From the NCBI GenBank assembly GCA_002687715.1, contig NZBC01000036.1, positions 4,322 through 68,321 of the forward strand: a stretch of 64,000 nt of DNA. Direction: 5' to 3'. This DNA is from Planctomycetota bacterium. GTDB taxonomy: Bacteria; Planctomycetota; GCA-002687715. Position 1 is the first letter of the stretch; every line of letters starts with the position of its first letter. This document shows positions 36,180-45,458 of this stretch, piece after piece. The notes under the pieces are model-generated. The model searched no databases, had not been told where the DNA came from, and was given only the letters and a program-made list of their open reading frames with translations. The position numbers and the translations under genes were made by a program.

Positions 36180-36336
36180 AGCGCGGGTGGACCTGCAAGT
36201 CGGCTTTTTCGTTTTTTTGGGCCATATGGACAGGGTAGACTGCTACGTTCCCCTATCCCCCAATCTCGGAACGGTCGCACGACGCGAACTACTGCCGGTT
36301 CGACGCTCGCGCAGGCATCAAGAACAAGGTGGGTCC

Positions 36337-37908
36337 ATGTCCAAGCGTAGTTCGCCGGCCATCGTCTGTGCCCTGGTCGTGCTCAGTGCCGTCTCGGCGC
36401 TCCCCGCCCAGATCCTGTCCAAGGACCTCGTGGTCAGCGGCCTTTCCCGACCGGTCCTCGTGACCGCTCCCGTGGGGGACCCTCGTCTGTTCATCGTCGA
36501 GCAGGGCAACAGTGGTGGACTGGTGGCTAGGATTCGCATCTTCAAGAACGGTGCGTTGCTCGGGACCCCGTTCCTGAACGTCGACAGCCTCGTTATCAAC
36601 AGCGGCAACGAGCGCGGCCTGCTCGGACTCGCGTTCCACCCGAACTACGAGCAGAACGGCTACTTCTACATCAACTACAACGACACCAGTGCTCGCACGG
36701 TCATCCGGCGGTACACGGTGTCCGCAAACCCGGACGTCGCGAACGCGGCCTCCGGCCTCACGTTGATGACCATCAATCAGCCGTACTCGAACCACAATGG
36801 TGGGATGCTCGCATTCGGTCCGGACGGCCATCTGTACATCGGCATGGGTGACGGCGGCTCGGGGAACGACCCCGGCAACCGCGCGCAGAACGTGAACGAC
36901 CTGATGGGCAAGATGCTCCGCATCGACGTCGACAACCCGGCACCTGGTCTGAACTACGGCATTCCCGCCGGCAACCCGTACGCGGGTCCGACCGCCGGCC
37001 GCGACGAGATCTTGCACGTCGGCCTGCGGAACCCGTGGCGGTTCTCGTTCGACCGCGACAACGGCGACCTGTACATCGGTGACGTCGGCCAGAACGCGCG
37101 CGAGGAGATCTCGTACGCCGCCGTCGGGAGCAGCCCGTTGAACTTCGGCTGGCGGTGCATGGAGGCCAACGGCTGCACTGGTCTCTCCGGATGCACCTGC
37201 TTCGCGACGTCGTTGGCGGACCCCGTCCACGAGTACTCCCAGGGCGGCTCGACCGGCTGGTGCATCCCCGGCGGCTACGTCTATCGCGGCTGCCAGTACC
37301 CGGAACTCTACGGCCAGTACTTCTTCGGCGACTACATCACCGACAAGATCTGGACGGCCGAGATCAATCCCGCGGGGACGGCGCTCATAGGCGTCGCGGA
37401 CCGGACCATCGAGCTCAGCAGTGGTGTCAACGGACTCGCGGCATTCGGCGAGGACGGCTTCGGCGAGCTCTACATCGTGGCCCGTGACGGCGGGACGGTG
37501 CACCGTATCAAGGCAACGACGGGCGGCTCCACACTGACCGTCTTCGGCACGCCGAGCATCGGCAGCACGATCAACCTGTCGCTCAACGCGCCGGGCAACC
37601 CGAGTCGCGCGTTCATCCTGGGCATCTCGGCTTCGACCGCGCCGGGAATCGTCCTGGGGGATGGTCGGATCATTCCTCTGACCGCGGACCCCCTGCTCCT
37701 CTACGCCCTGACCACGGTGCCCAACGGTCTGTACAACCCGGTGGGCAACCTGCATTCGCTGCTCTCGAACGCGCTCGTCCCACTGGCCATCCCCAACACC
37801 CCGGCGATCATCGGCGCGGAGTTCTGGATGGCTTACATCGTCCTCGAGCCGACCGCGTCCGCCGGCGTCCAGATCATCTCCTGCCCGACGTCGATCCTCG
37901 TGCAGTAG
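36337..37908 (+). CDS. PQQ-dependent sugar dehydrogenase (soluble glucose/sorbosone dehydrogenase-like beta-propeller) with C-terminal ~100-aa extension
   Basis: Start MSKRSSPAIVCALVVLSAVSALPAQ (signal peptide). GDH/6PGL-family motifs (GLLGLAFHPNY, NHNGGMLAFGPDG.LYIGMGDGG, RNPWRFSFD, LYIGDVGQN, FGWRCMEA). Confidence 0.8.
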   Translation: MSKRSSPAIVCALVVLSAVSALPAQILSKDLVVSGLSRPVLVTAPVGDPRLFIVEQGNSGGLVARIRIFKNGALLGTPFLNVDSLVINSGNERGLLGLAFHPNYEQNGYFYINYNDTSARTVIRRYTVSANPDVANAASGLTLMTINQPYSNHNGGMLAFGPDGHLYIGMGDGGSGNDPGNRAQNVNDLMGKMLRIDVDNPAPGLNYGIPAGNPYAGPTAGRDEILHVGLRNPWRFSFDRDNGDLYIGDVGQNAREEISYAAVGSSPLNFGWRCMEANGCTGLSGCTCFATSLADPVHEYSQGGSTGWCIPGGYVYRGCQYPELYGQYFFGDYITDKIWTAEINPAGTALIGVADRTIELSSGVNGLAAFGEDGFGELYIVARDGGTVHRIKATTGGSTLTVFGTPSIGSTINLSLNAPGNPSRAFILGISASTAPGIVLGDGRIIPLTADPLLLYALTTVPNGLYNPVGNLHSLLSNALVPLAIPNTPAIIGAEFWMAYIVLEPTASAGVQIISCPTSILVQ

Positions 37909-37940
37909 CAGCTCGTGAATGGCGCGGGCCAGCCCAGGCC

Positions 37941-38411
37941 TCACTTGTCCAGGCGGGTCGGCTGCAGGATCACCTTCTCGAACCAGATGCGTTCCACGCG
38001 CGCCTCCTCCCTGGGGAAGAGCTGCTCTTGCGTCATGGCGAGGAGACGTCGCTTCAGAGCGAGCTTGCCGTGGCGGGTGTCGAGGTCCTGGGCGGAGAAC
38101 TCGGGGAGGCGGGTGTGTATCGCGTCGGTGAGGTGGAGCTTGCGACCCGCGATGTGGCCGGCGGGGTCTTCGAGCTCCTTGCCGGCGCGGTAGCTGAAGA
38201 TGTACTCGAGGACGGGGTAGATCTCGGGGTCCCCGTTGAGGCGGAGCGAGACGGGGCCGATGTGGTTCTCGACCTGCTCTTCTTCGTAGTAGGCGTCGGA
38301 GCCGCGCATGCGCTCGGTGTGCTGCTGGCTCCACCCGGCGGGGCCGGAGGAGAGGGCGGCGATCGCCCCGAGGCCAAGCACCAGGCCCGTGATGATGAGC
38401 GCGAGCTTCAC
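37941..38411 (-). CDS. fliL: flagellar basal-body-associated protein FliL (paralog 1)
   Basis: 156 aa. GTG start overlaps the stop of the upstream fliL paralog. Single N-terminal TM (LALIITGLVLGLGAIAAL), then the FliL periplasmic domain pattern (Y......F..N...). Last gene of the flagellar operon. Confidence 0.65.
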   Translation of the reverse strand: MKLALIITGLVLGLGAIAALSSGPAGWSQQHTERMRGSDAYYEEEQVENHIGPVSLRLNGDPEIYPVLEYIFSYRAGKELEDPAGHIAGRKLHLTDAIHTRLPEFSAQDLDTRHGKLALKRRLLAMTQEQLFPREEARVERIWFEKVILQPTRLDK

Positions 38412-38872
38412 TGGATCTTGAAATCGCGGAAGAGGATGTCCTCGATCATCCCTTTCTGATCGGGGAAGACGACCTTCTGGATCAGCGCGCGCATCTCTTG
38501 CTTGAGGATCTCCTTCTGCTCTTTGGACTCGACGTCCTTCCTCTGCTTGGAGGAGATGAGCATGAGGAAACGGTCTTGGAGCTTCGCCGCCTTGGCGCTG
38601 AAGAGCCCCGGCGCTTCGGCGGGTTCGATCTCGGGCCCAACGCGGTACTCGGCGGTGGCGAGGATCTCGATGAACTCACCGTTCGTGCCGCGGAGGTTGG
38701 TCACGATCTTGGCCAGGTCAAACGCGAGCTCATCGCTCGTGTAGTACCCCTTCGTGCCCCGCTTCGAGGTGTCGATCGGCTCGGGCACCCCGGCCGACCC
38801 GACGATCATGAACGCGACACCGCCGAGCAGGAGAAGACCGCCCCCGCCACTGATGAAAACCTTCTTGTTCAT
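38408..38872 (-). CDS. fliL: flagellar basal-body-associated protein FliL (paralog 2)
   Basis: 154 aa. N-terminal TM (LLLLGGVAFMIVGSAGV), YYTSDELAFDL...NLRGTNGEFIEI FliL-like core. GGGGGAGGGG Shine-Dalgarno upstream. Confidence 0.65.
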   Translation of the reverse strand: MNKKVFISGGGGLLLLGGVAFMIVGSAGVPEPIDTSKRGTKGYYTSDELAFDLAKIVTNLRGTNGEFIEILATAEYRVGPEIEPAEAPGLFSAKAAKLQDRFLMLISSKQRKDVESKEQKEILKQEMRALIQKVVFPDQKGMIEDILFRDFKIQ

Positions 38873-38908
38873 CTACAACCCCTCCCCCGGCAATCAGGGT
38901 GCCCTGGG

Positions 38909-39619
38909 TCACGGCCCCACAGTGCTGATCAGTGCGATGCGGCGTCCCCACGAATCCTGACGCCACGAGGTCTCGCCCCCCCCGGTGGGGCCGTATCCGA
39001 TGGGAATGAACCTCTCGATGGGTATATCGCCCGCGGATGAGAGGTATCTGATGACATTGTCGGCACGTTGCATGGCCAGATGCCACGCTGCTTCCGTACC
39101 GAGACCTTCCTTCCACGCGAAACCTTCCACGCGGATTCGGATATCGGAATACCCCGTGAGCCAGGGGGCCATCGTGTCGAGGACCGCCCGGTGCGCGGTG
39201 GTCAGCGTCGAGGACCCCGGTGAGAACACGAGCGGCGCACCGATCTCGTTGGTCCCGGGTTTCTCCAGCGTGTCCATGACCACCTCACGCAGCGCGTCGC
39301 GATTGGCGTCCGTGATGCGGCCCGATTCGTCGACGAGCAGCTTGGAATTGATGCTCTTCGCCGGGCGGAACAGAACACGATCGGCGCCGAGGTCCATCGG
39401 CTTCTGATCGCTCTTCAAGACGCCTGGGAGGCCGTGCGACATGAGCGCCTCGCGGAACGACGACACGCCGTCGCTGATGAAGCCGGCGCGACGTTCGTCC
39501 GCGAACGCCTCGAGCAGGATGAAGAAGCAGAGCAGGTTCGTCATCATGTCCGAGAAGGACAGCATGTATAGAGGTGCGCCCGGTTCGTCCGCTTCTTCGA
39601 CCTTCTTCTTTTCGCTCAC
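38909..39619 (-). CDS. motB: flagellar motor stator protein MotB (paralog 2, OmpA-like C-terminal domain)
   Basis: 236 aa. TM helix with conserved Asp (LYMLSFSDMMTNLLCFFILL). C-terminal OmpA/MotB peptidoglycan-binding region. Confidence 0.75.
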   Translation of the reverse strand: MSEKKKVEEADEPGAPLYMLSFSDMMTNLLCFFILLEAFADERRAGFISDGVSSFREALMSHGLPGVLKSDQKPMDLGADRVLFRPAKSINSKLLVDESGRITDANRDALREVVMDTLEKPGTNEIGAPLVFSPGSSTLTTAHRAVLDTMAPWLTGYSDIRIRVEGFAWKEGLGTEAAWHLAMQRADNVIRYLSSAGDIPIERFIPIGYGPTGGGETSWRQDSWGRRIALISTVGP

Positions 39620-40362
39620 AGGTGCCCCTTCCCGTCGGGGTCCCAGATGACCTGGATCTCGATACGACGGTTCTTGCGGCGGCCGATCTCCGTTTCGTTA
39701 TCCGCGATCGGCACGGCCGCGCCGAGACCCGCGGCGCCGATGCGCCACGGTTCCCACGCCGTCTCCCTACCCAAGAACTTCGCCATCTCGAAAGCGCTCT
39801 TGCGCGTAAGGGTCAGTGCGTCTTGCCCGGGGACGAGGTCCGAGGTCTTGCTGTCAGTGTGAGCCTCGATGACGATGCGGACCGGCTCGTCCTTGAAGAA
39901 CCGCGCCACCTCGAGCAGCACGTCACGACCCGTCGACTTCAGCCGGGTCCCTCCGGGCAGGAAGAAGTGGCGCCCGTCCATGCGAATGCGATAGCCGTCC
40001 GGCATCTTCGAGAAGTCGACCTTCCGGTCGAAGACCGACGGATCCTGGATCGCCGTCGACATCCTCTCCTCGAGTTCCTGCCGCTTGGGGTGGCTCTCGG
40101 CGCCCTTCAAGTCGGTCTTCACGTTGCTCGGGACGTTGAGCTTGAACGGGGACTGTTTGCTCTTCTTCTGCTTCGGCGTCATCACGCCGAGCGAGCCCGT
40201 CAGGGCGCCGGTCACGCGGCGGAGCTTGTCGACGTCCACCGCAGAAAACGCGAACAGGAGAATGAAGAACGTCACCAGCAGAGAGATGAGGTCACCGAAC
40301 GTGACCACCCACATCGGGGCGAGGAGCTCCTTGTCTGCCGGGGCTGATTTTCGATTCGCCAT
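39616..40362 (-). CDS. motB: flagellar motor stator protein MotB (paralog 1)
   Basis: 248 aa. MWVVTFGDLISLLVTFFILLF TM with the proton-channel Asp. OmpA-like C-terminus (RIVIEAHTDS...NRRIEIQV). Confidence 0.8.
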   Translation of the reverse strand: MANRKSAPADKELLAPMWVVTFGDLISLLVTFFILLFAFSAVDVDKLRRVTGALTGSLGVMTPKQKKSKQSPFKLNVPSNVKTDLKGAESHPKRQELEERMSTAIQDPSVFDRKVDFSKMPDGYRIRMDGRHFFLPGGTRLKSTGRDVLLEVARFFKDEPVRIVIEAHTDSKTSDLVPGQDALTLTRKSAFEMAKFLGRETAWEPWRIGAAGLGAAVPIADNETEIGRRKNRRIEIQVIWDPDGKGHL

Positions 40363-40388
40363 CGTCCTGCGGTCGGGTCACCCCGTCC

Positions 40389-41162
40389 CTACTTCTTCGC
40401 GTCTTCGAGCTCGGCGCGCTCATTGGGAGAGATGTAGCTCTTCAGCTTCTCCTTGATCATCTGCGGCTTGTCCCCCGCCTGGATCGAGGCGATCCCCTCG
40501 ATCATGATCTCCCGCATGAGTGTCTCTTCCTTTTGACGCGCCTCCAGCTTCACCGCGAGCGGGATGAAGATCATGTTCGCCATGACCGCGCCGTAGAACG
40601 TCGTGATGAGCGCGACCGCCATACCACCACCAATCTGGCTCGGGTCGTCGAGGTTCTTGAGCATGGCGATGAGACCCATGAGGGTCCCGATCATGCCGAA
40701 CGACGGGGCCATCGTGCCCATCTGGTCCACGATCTTCTTGCCACTCAGGTGGCGGCCCTGCATGCCGAACAACTCGATGCCCATGATGTCCCGCACGGTC
40801 TGGGCAGGGAATCCGTCGACCACGAGACGCACGCCCTTGATGAGGAACGGGTCCTCGAGCTCCTTGATCTTCTCCTCGAGGGCGAGCAGGCCTTCGCGGC
40901 GTGCGACGTACGCGAAGTCCGCCATGCGCTCGATCTCTGCCTGCGGCGTGGGCAGCGGGTAGAGCACGGTCTTCTTGATGACCTTCATGACCCCGAGGAC
41001 CTTGCCCAGCGGGAAGGCCATCAGGGTGGCGGCGAGGGTTCCGCCCATCACGATGGCCATGCTTGGCACGTCGATGAACGACCCGACCCCCGCGCCACTG
41101 GACATGGACCAGATGACGAGGCCGAAGCCCAGCACGATGCCGATTAGGGTTGCGACGTCCAT
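40389..41162 (-). CDS. motA: flagellar motor stator protein MotA
   Basis: 257 aa. Four TM segments and the conserved MotA/TolQ/ExbB C-terminal region (GTLMGLIAMLKNL...ALITTFYGAVMANMIFIP). Confidence 0.85.
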   Translation of the reverse strand: MDVATLIGIVLGFGLVIWSMSSGAGVGSFIDVPSMAIVMGGTLAATLMAFPLGKVLGVMKVIKKTVLYPLPTPQAEIERMADFAYVARREGLLALEEKIKELEDPFLIKGVRLVVDGFPAQTVRDIMGIELFGMQGRHLSGKKIVDQMGTMAPSFGMIGTLMGLIAMLKNLDDPSQIGGGMAVALITTFYGAVMANMIFIPLAVKLEARQKEETLMREIMIEGIASIQAGDKPQMIKEKLKSYISPNERAELEDAKK

Positions 41163-41210
41163 TCCCGGAATCTCCCTCTATGGGGATCTTCGGATCAACG
41201 GGGCCTCGCT

Positions 41211-42002
41211 TTAGAGCCCCGCCGTCGTGTTCTTCTCGGCGGTGATCGCCTGCATGCGCTTCGTCACCTGGACGGCCTGGTTGGGGTCCAATTCCTGCAG
41301 GATCTTGGCGGAATTCCGCTCGGACATCCCTTTGAGGATCTTCGCGACCGAGTCCACGTCCGGGGGAACCAGCTGCGCGGCCGGGTTCGCCGCGTCCGGG
41401 CTCTGCGCGTCCGGCTTCTCCCCCTCGATCATCCTCTTGAAGATGATGGCGGCCTTCTGCGGCGACATCTTCTCGAACGTCGCCCGGAGGATCTTCAAGT
41501 TCTTCTCCTCGCTCCGGAGGACGAGGACCTGCTGCTGATCGAGCTCTTCCCGACGGGCCTCGAGGGAGTACGCCTCTTTCTCGAGCTTCGCGCCGACGGT
41601 CTTCAAGTCCTCACGCCAGTTCTCGAGCTCGCGCCGCTCCGAATCCACCGCGTCCTTCTTCTTCTGCATGTCGAGGCGCTCCTGCTCGACCGCCGTTCGC
41701 CCGTCGGCCAGCTCGTGAGCCAGGGCCTCGAGCTCCTTGGCGGTCATGCCCGTGGGCAGGTCCCAAAGCTCCAAACTCTCGCGCAGCAACAGCTTCGACT
41801 TGAGATCCGCCGCATCGGCCTTGGAGAGCTCTTCCTCGCCCTCGGGTGGGAAGAAGAACCCGCCGACGACCGGCATCGCGTGCAGCGACTCCATCGTCTC
41901 GGCCGAGTTCTTGCCTTGGACGCGGATCAACACGTGAACGAGGCCGACGAAGATCAGCTGGGCCATGAACACGACCCCGAATACGCAAAACACCTTCTTC
42001 AT
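41211..42002 (-). CDS. YlxF/MotE-like flagellar protein with MgtE_N-type C-terminal domain
   Basis: 263 aa. N-terminal TM, long charged coiled-coil, C-terminal SVAKILKGMSERNSAKILQELDPNQAVQVTKRM resembling the MgtE_N domain found in B. subtilis YlxF and MotE. Position between fliJ and motA matches ylxF in fla operons. Confidence 0.45.
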   Translation of the reverse strand: MKKVFCVFGVVFMAQLIFVGLVHVLIRVQGKNSAETMESLHAMPVVGGFFFPPEGEEELSKADAADLKSKLLLRESLELWDLPTGMTAKELEALAHELADGRTAVEQERLDMQKKKDAVDSERRELENWREDLKTVGAKLEKEAYSLEARREELDQQQVLVLRSEEKNLKILRATFEKMSPQKAAIIFKRMIEGEKPDAQSPDAANPAAQLVPPDVDSVAKILKGMSERNSAKILQELDPNQAVQVTKRMQAITAEKNTTAGL

Positions 42003-42445
42003 GATTCCCTCCGATGAAGCACGGCCGCAACCTCGTCCATGAGGCGTTCTTCCTCGCGGCGTTCTTCCTCTCCGTGTTCTTCACGCGCCCGGTCTTCGAG
42101 GTGATCGAGCGCCTTGCGATCAGCCTGGCGTATGCGGGCCTCTTCACGCGCTACTTCGAATGCGTTCCTGGCCGTGGCGATCATCGTGATCGCCCGTTCG
42201 TCCGCGTCGTCCAACTGAGCGATCTCGTCGTGGTGCAGACCGATGAACGACAGATCGATCCGCCCGGTCGCGAGATGTCGCTCGAGGTCGTCGACCACGG
42301 CCTGCCTCTGGGTCCGGATGGCCTCGAGGTGCGCTTCGGCCTCGCGAAGCCCCTGCAGAGCTCGCGCCAGCGCGAGCAGCGCCTCCTTCTCCGCCGCGGC
42401 GCGGAGCTTCTGGACCTTAGCGAGCCGGAACTGGAACCGCCTCAT
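41999..42445 (-). CDS. fliJ: flagellar export protein FliJ
   Basis: 148-aa all-helical coiled-coil protein immediately after fliI, with ATGA overlap. Size and position are typical of FliJ. Confidence 0.65.
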   Translation of the reverse strand: MRRFQFRLAKVQKLRAAAEKEALLALARALQGLREAEAHLEAIRTQRQAVVDDLERHLATGRIDLSFIGLHHDEIAQLDDADERAITMIATARNAFEVAREEARIRQADRKALDHLEDRAREEHGEEERREEERLMDEVAAVLHRRES

Positions 42446-43764
42446 GACGCGGCCTTCCCGGCGACGTTGCCGAGTAGCGCGAGCGTCTCGGCCATGGTCC
42501 GCCCCTGGCCCGTGCGTTGAGCGAGAAGGGCCTCGAACTCCGTCTGCACAGCCAGCGCGCGATCGACCTTCGGGTCCGACCCTGGCTTGTATGCGCCGAC
42601 GGAAACGAGATCCCGGGCCTCCTCGTAGGCCGCCATCAGACTACGGACCTCGATCGCCGCCTCGCGGTGGACCTCCGAGGTGACGCGATCCATGATGCGA
42701 GACGTGCTCCGCAGAACGTCTACCGCGGGGAATCGTCCGCGCTGGGCAACGTCGCGAGAGAGCACGATGTGCCCGTCGAGCAGGCCCCGCATGGTGTCCG
42801 CGACGGGGTCGTTCATATCGTCGCCATCGACGAGCACGGTGAAGATACCGGTGATGCTCCCGGTCGGGGTGCGTCCCAGACGCTCGACTAGTTTCGGCAT
42901 CGATGAGAAGAACGATGGCGGGTAGCCCTTCACCGTCGGTGGCTCGCCGAGGGCGAGCCCGACCTCACGCGTGGCGCCGGCGAGTCGAGTGACCGAGTCC
43001 AGCATCATCATCACGTCGTGGCCCTGGTCACGAAACGACTCCGCGATGGCGGTCGCAGTGAGGCAGGCCTTGATACGGATGAGGGGAGGCGCGTCAGAGG
43101 TCGCGACCACAATGACGCTCTTCTTCAGCCCCTCTTCGCAGAGCGCCTCCTCGATGAAGTGACGGACCTCGCGGCCGCGCTCACCGATGAGCGCGATGAC
43201 GTTGACGTCCGCGAGTGTCGACCGGGCGACGTCTGCGAGCAACGTCGACTTGCCGACACCCGAACCCGAGAAGATGCCCATGCGCTGGCCGCGCCCGAGG
43301 GTGAGAAAGGCATCGATGACGGATACGCCGCTCGGCAGCGGCTCCTCGATCGGAACCCGCTCCATCGGCGTGGGCGCGGCGCGTTGCAGCGGGAACGTGC
43401 GGCCCGGCGGGATGGGAGGTCCGCCGTCGATTGCTCGCCCGAGTCCATCGACCACGCGTCCGAGCAGCGCGTCGCCGCCGCGAACCTCGAGGCGCGTACC
43501 CCGCGGAACCACGCTCGCCCCGGGGTGGAGGCCGTCCGCCTCCCCCAGCGGCATGACCAGCGTCGCGCCGCCCCGAAACCCCACGACCTCGACGTCCAGC
43601 TCGCTGCCATTGTCGAGTTCGACTCGGCAGAGGTCGCCCATCGCAGCCTGCAAGCCACGGCACTCGACGAGCAGTCCGACGACCTGGGTCAGGACGCCCG
43701 CGTGACGACCCATGGGCACGGCGCGGACGATGTGTTCCATGCGCGCTACGTCAGGCAGGACCAT
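42442..43764 (-). CDS. fliI: flagellum-specific ATP synthase FliI
   Basis: Start re-assigned to MVLPDVARMEH (ATG 43764-43762). Walker A GSGVGKST, Walker B VMMMLDSVTR, and full F1/T3SS-ATPase similarity. Confidence 0.9.
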   Translation of the reverse strand: MVLPDVARMEHIVRAVPMGRHAGVLTQVVGLLVECRGLQAAMGDLCRVELDNGSELDVEVVGFRGGATLVMPLGEADGLHPGASVVPRGTRLEVRGGDALLGRVVDGLGRAIDGGPPIPPGRTFPLQRAAPTPMERVPIEEPLPSGVSVIDAFLTLGRGQRMGIFSGSGVGKSTLLADVARSTLADVNVIALIGERGREVRHFIEEALCEEGLKKSVIVVATSDAPPLIRIKACLTATAIAESFRDQGHDVMMMLDSVTRLAGATREVGLALGEPPTVKGYPPSFFSSMPKLVERLGRTPTGSITGIFTVLVDGDDMNDPVADTMRGLLDGHIVLSRDVAQRGRFPAVDVLRSTSRIMDRVTSEVHREAAIEVRSLMAAYEEARDLVSVGAYKPGSDPKVDRALAVQTEFEALLAQRTGQGRTMAETLALLGNVAGKAAS

Positions 43765-44440
43765 GTTCTGCCTCCGAGAGCAGGCGCTCGCGCATCTGCT
43801 CGAGCCGCTCCGAGATGCCCGAGTACATCTCGGCGTCGCCGCCGGTAACCCGGAACGCACCCCTTGCGAACGTCGGGTCCGGCTTCAACGTGAGACCATC
43901 CTCGGTGAGGCTCTGAGGCAAGACCCCGAGGTCTTCAGGGTGTCCCGAGAGGGTCACGGGCTCGCCCGCGAGCTCGGGCAGGACGCTGTCGAGCACGCGC
44001 TTCACGAGTCCGCGGACGTCGTGCTGTTCCGCATCGACAACGCTCGCCGTCAGCTCTTCCGCGATGGTACACGCCAGACGCACCACGAATTCCGTGAGCT
44101 CCGAACGATCGTTCACCCGGGCCTGCGCGAGCCGATTCGCGGCGGAGCACATGGTGGCGGACGCGGCATCGACGGTCGCGGAGACCTCCGCCAACGCGTG
44201 CTCGCGGCCTCGCTCGAACGCCTTGCGCTGCACCGCCTTCAGATCAAGCGCCGGCAGGGCACGGTTCGCCGCCGGAGGTTTGGGTGCGCCGACGGGGTTG
44301 GCCTCCGGGGTATCCTCAGCATCCGCATCGGGAGCCCCGCCCTCGGGGGTCCGCGGTGTCGGAACGGAGGCCGCCCCGGGTTCGTCACGGCGGCGGACCG
44401 CGACCAGGCCGCGGGGCACGACGACCTGCCTACGCGACAT
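43751..44440 (-). CDS. fliH: flagellar assembly protein FliH
   Basis: 229 aa. Pro/Ala-rich N-terminus, central helical region, C-terminal FliH/ATP-synthase-b-like domain. Lies between fliG and fliI and overlaps both. Confidence 0.6.
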   Translation of the reverse strand: MSRRQVVVPRGLVAVRRRDEPGAASVPTPRTPEGGAPDADAEDTPEANPVGAPKPPAANRALPALDLKAVQRKAFERGREHALAEVSATVDAASATMCSAANRLAQARVNDRSELTEFVVRLACTIAEELTASVVDAEQHDVRGLVKRVLDSVLPELAGEPVTLSGHPEDLGVLPQSLTEDGLTLKPDPTFARGAFRVTGGDAEMYSGISERLEQMRERLLSEAEHGPA

Positions 44441-45458
44441 ACGCGCCGCCCTTGCCCTTGGAGACGGAGATCTCTCCCGAGTCCATCAGCTCGCGCACGA
44501 TGAGCAGGATCTGCTTCTGTGAGTCGAGCACCTCGCTCAGCGGCACCGCGCCGAGGAACTCACGTTCCTCGAGGATCATGTCACGCGTACGCTGCGACGT
44601 GGCCTGCAGGATCGAGTTCTGCACCTCCTCGTCGCACGCCTTGAGCGATAGCGCCAGTAGCTTGGTATCGATCCCCGCGAGGATCTTCTGCATGGTGCGC
44701 TTGTCGAGCAGCGAGAGGTCCGCCCAGGTGAACATCCGCTCGCGGATCTCCGTGCTGAGGGTCTCGTCGTCTTCCTCGACGCGCTTGAGGATCTCCTTGT
44801 CCACGCCGGGCTCGGTCGCGTTGAGAATGTCGGCGACCACACGGAAACGCGTGTCCGTCTCGTCCTCGGCGTCTTCCTCCTCGCGGCGCAATCCGCGCGT
44901 GCGTTCGATCATCGTCTGGGCAACTTGCTTCAGCATGCGCGCCGACGGCTCCTCCATGGTCGCCATGCGGGTCACGATGGCGGACCGCGCCTCCTCCGGG
45001 ATCTCCTCGAGGATGCTGGCAGCCTGCTCCGAATCCAGGTTCGCGAGCACGAGCGCCTGCAGCTGCGGGTGTTCGTCGCAGAGGACGCGCGCGAGATCCT
45101 GGGCGCGGATTCCTCGGAGGGCGCGGAACGGATACTGGCTCCGCGAGGCATCGCGGATCGTACTCAGACGCTCCTTGCCCTCCTCCGGCCCGTACAGGTT
45201 CTCCATCATTCCGGTCAGGGTCTTGCCCAGGTTCGACCGGAACACGACGCCGGACTGGAGCATCTCACGGAACTCGTCGATCACCCCGTTGATGACGCTC
45301 TCGTCGATGTCCGTTTCCTCGAGTTCGACCATCGCCTGACCGATACGGCCCTGCTCGTCGGTATCGAACTCCGCCATGACGGAGGACGCCGCCTCATCAC
45401 CGACGACGGCGAGCAGGACCGCGACCTTCTGGATTCCCTTGAGCTGGACGGGCGACAT
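44430..45458 (-). CDS. fliG: flagellar motor switch protein FliG
   Basis: 342 aa. Conserved FliG middle and C-terminal domains (...ILEEIPEE...IVTRM... / LSLKACDEEVQNSILQ), with the charged torque helix. Confidence 0.9.
   Translation of the reverse strand: MSPVQLKGIQKVAVLLAVVGDEAASSVMAEFDTDEQGRIGQAMVELEETDIDESVINGVIDEFREMLQSGVVFRSNLGKTLTGMMENLYGPEEGKERLSTIRDASRSQYPFRALRGIRAQDLARVLCDEHPQLQALVLANLDSEQAASILEEIPEEARSAIVTRMATMEEPSARMLKQVAQTMIERTRGLRREEEDAEDETDTRFRVVADILNATEPGVDKEILKRVEEDDETLSTEIRERMFTWADLSLLDKRTMQKILAGIDTKLLALSLKACDEEVQNSILQATSQRTRDMILEEREFLGAVPLSEVLDSQKQILLIVRELMDSGEISVSKGKGGAYVA

Noticed and set aside
36289-38334. 681-aa minus-strand ORF
   Set aside because: It is antisense to the PQQ-dehydrogenase gene. 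The translation is Arg/Gly/Asp-rich with no domain features. High-GC artefact.
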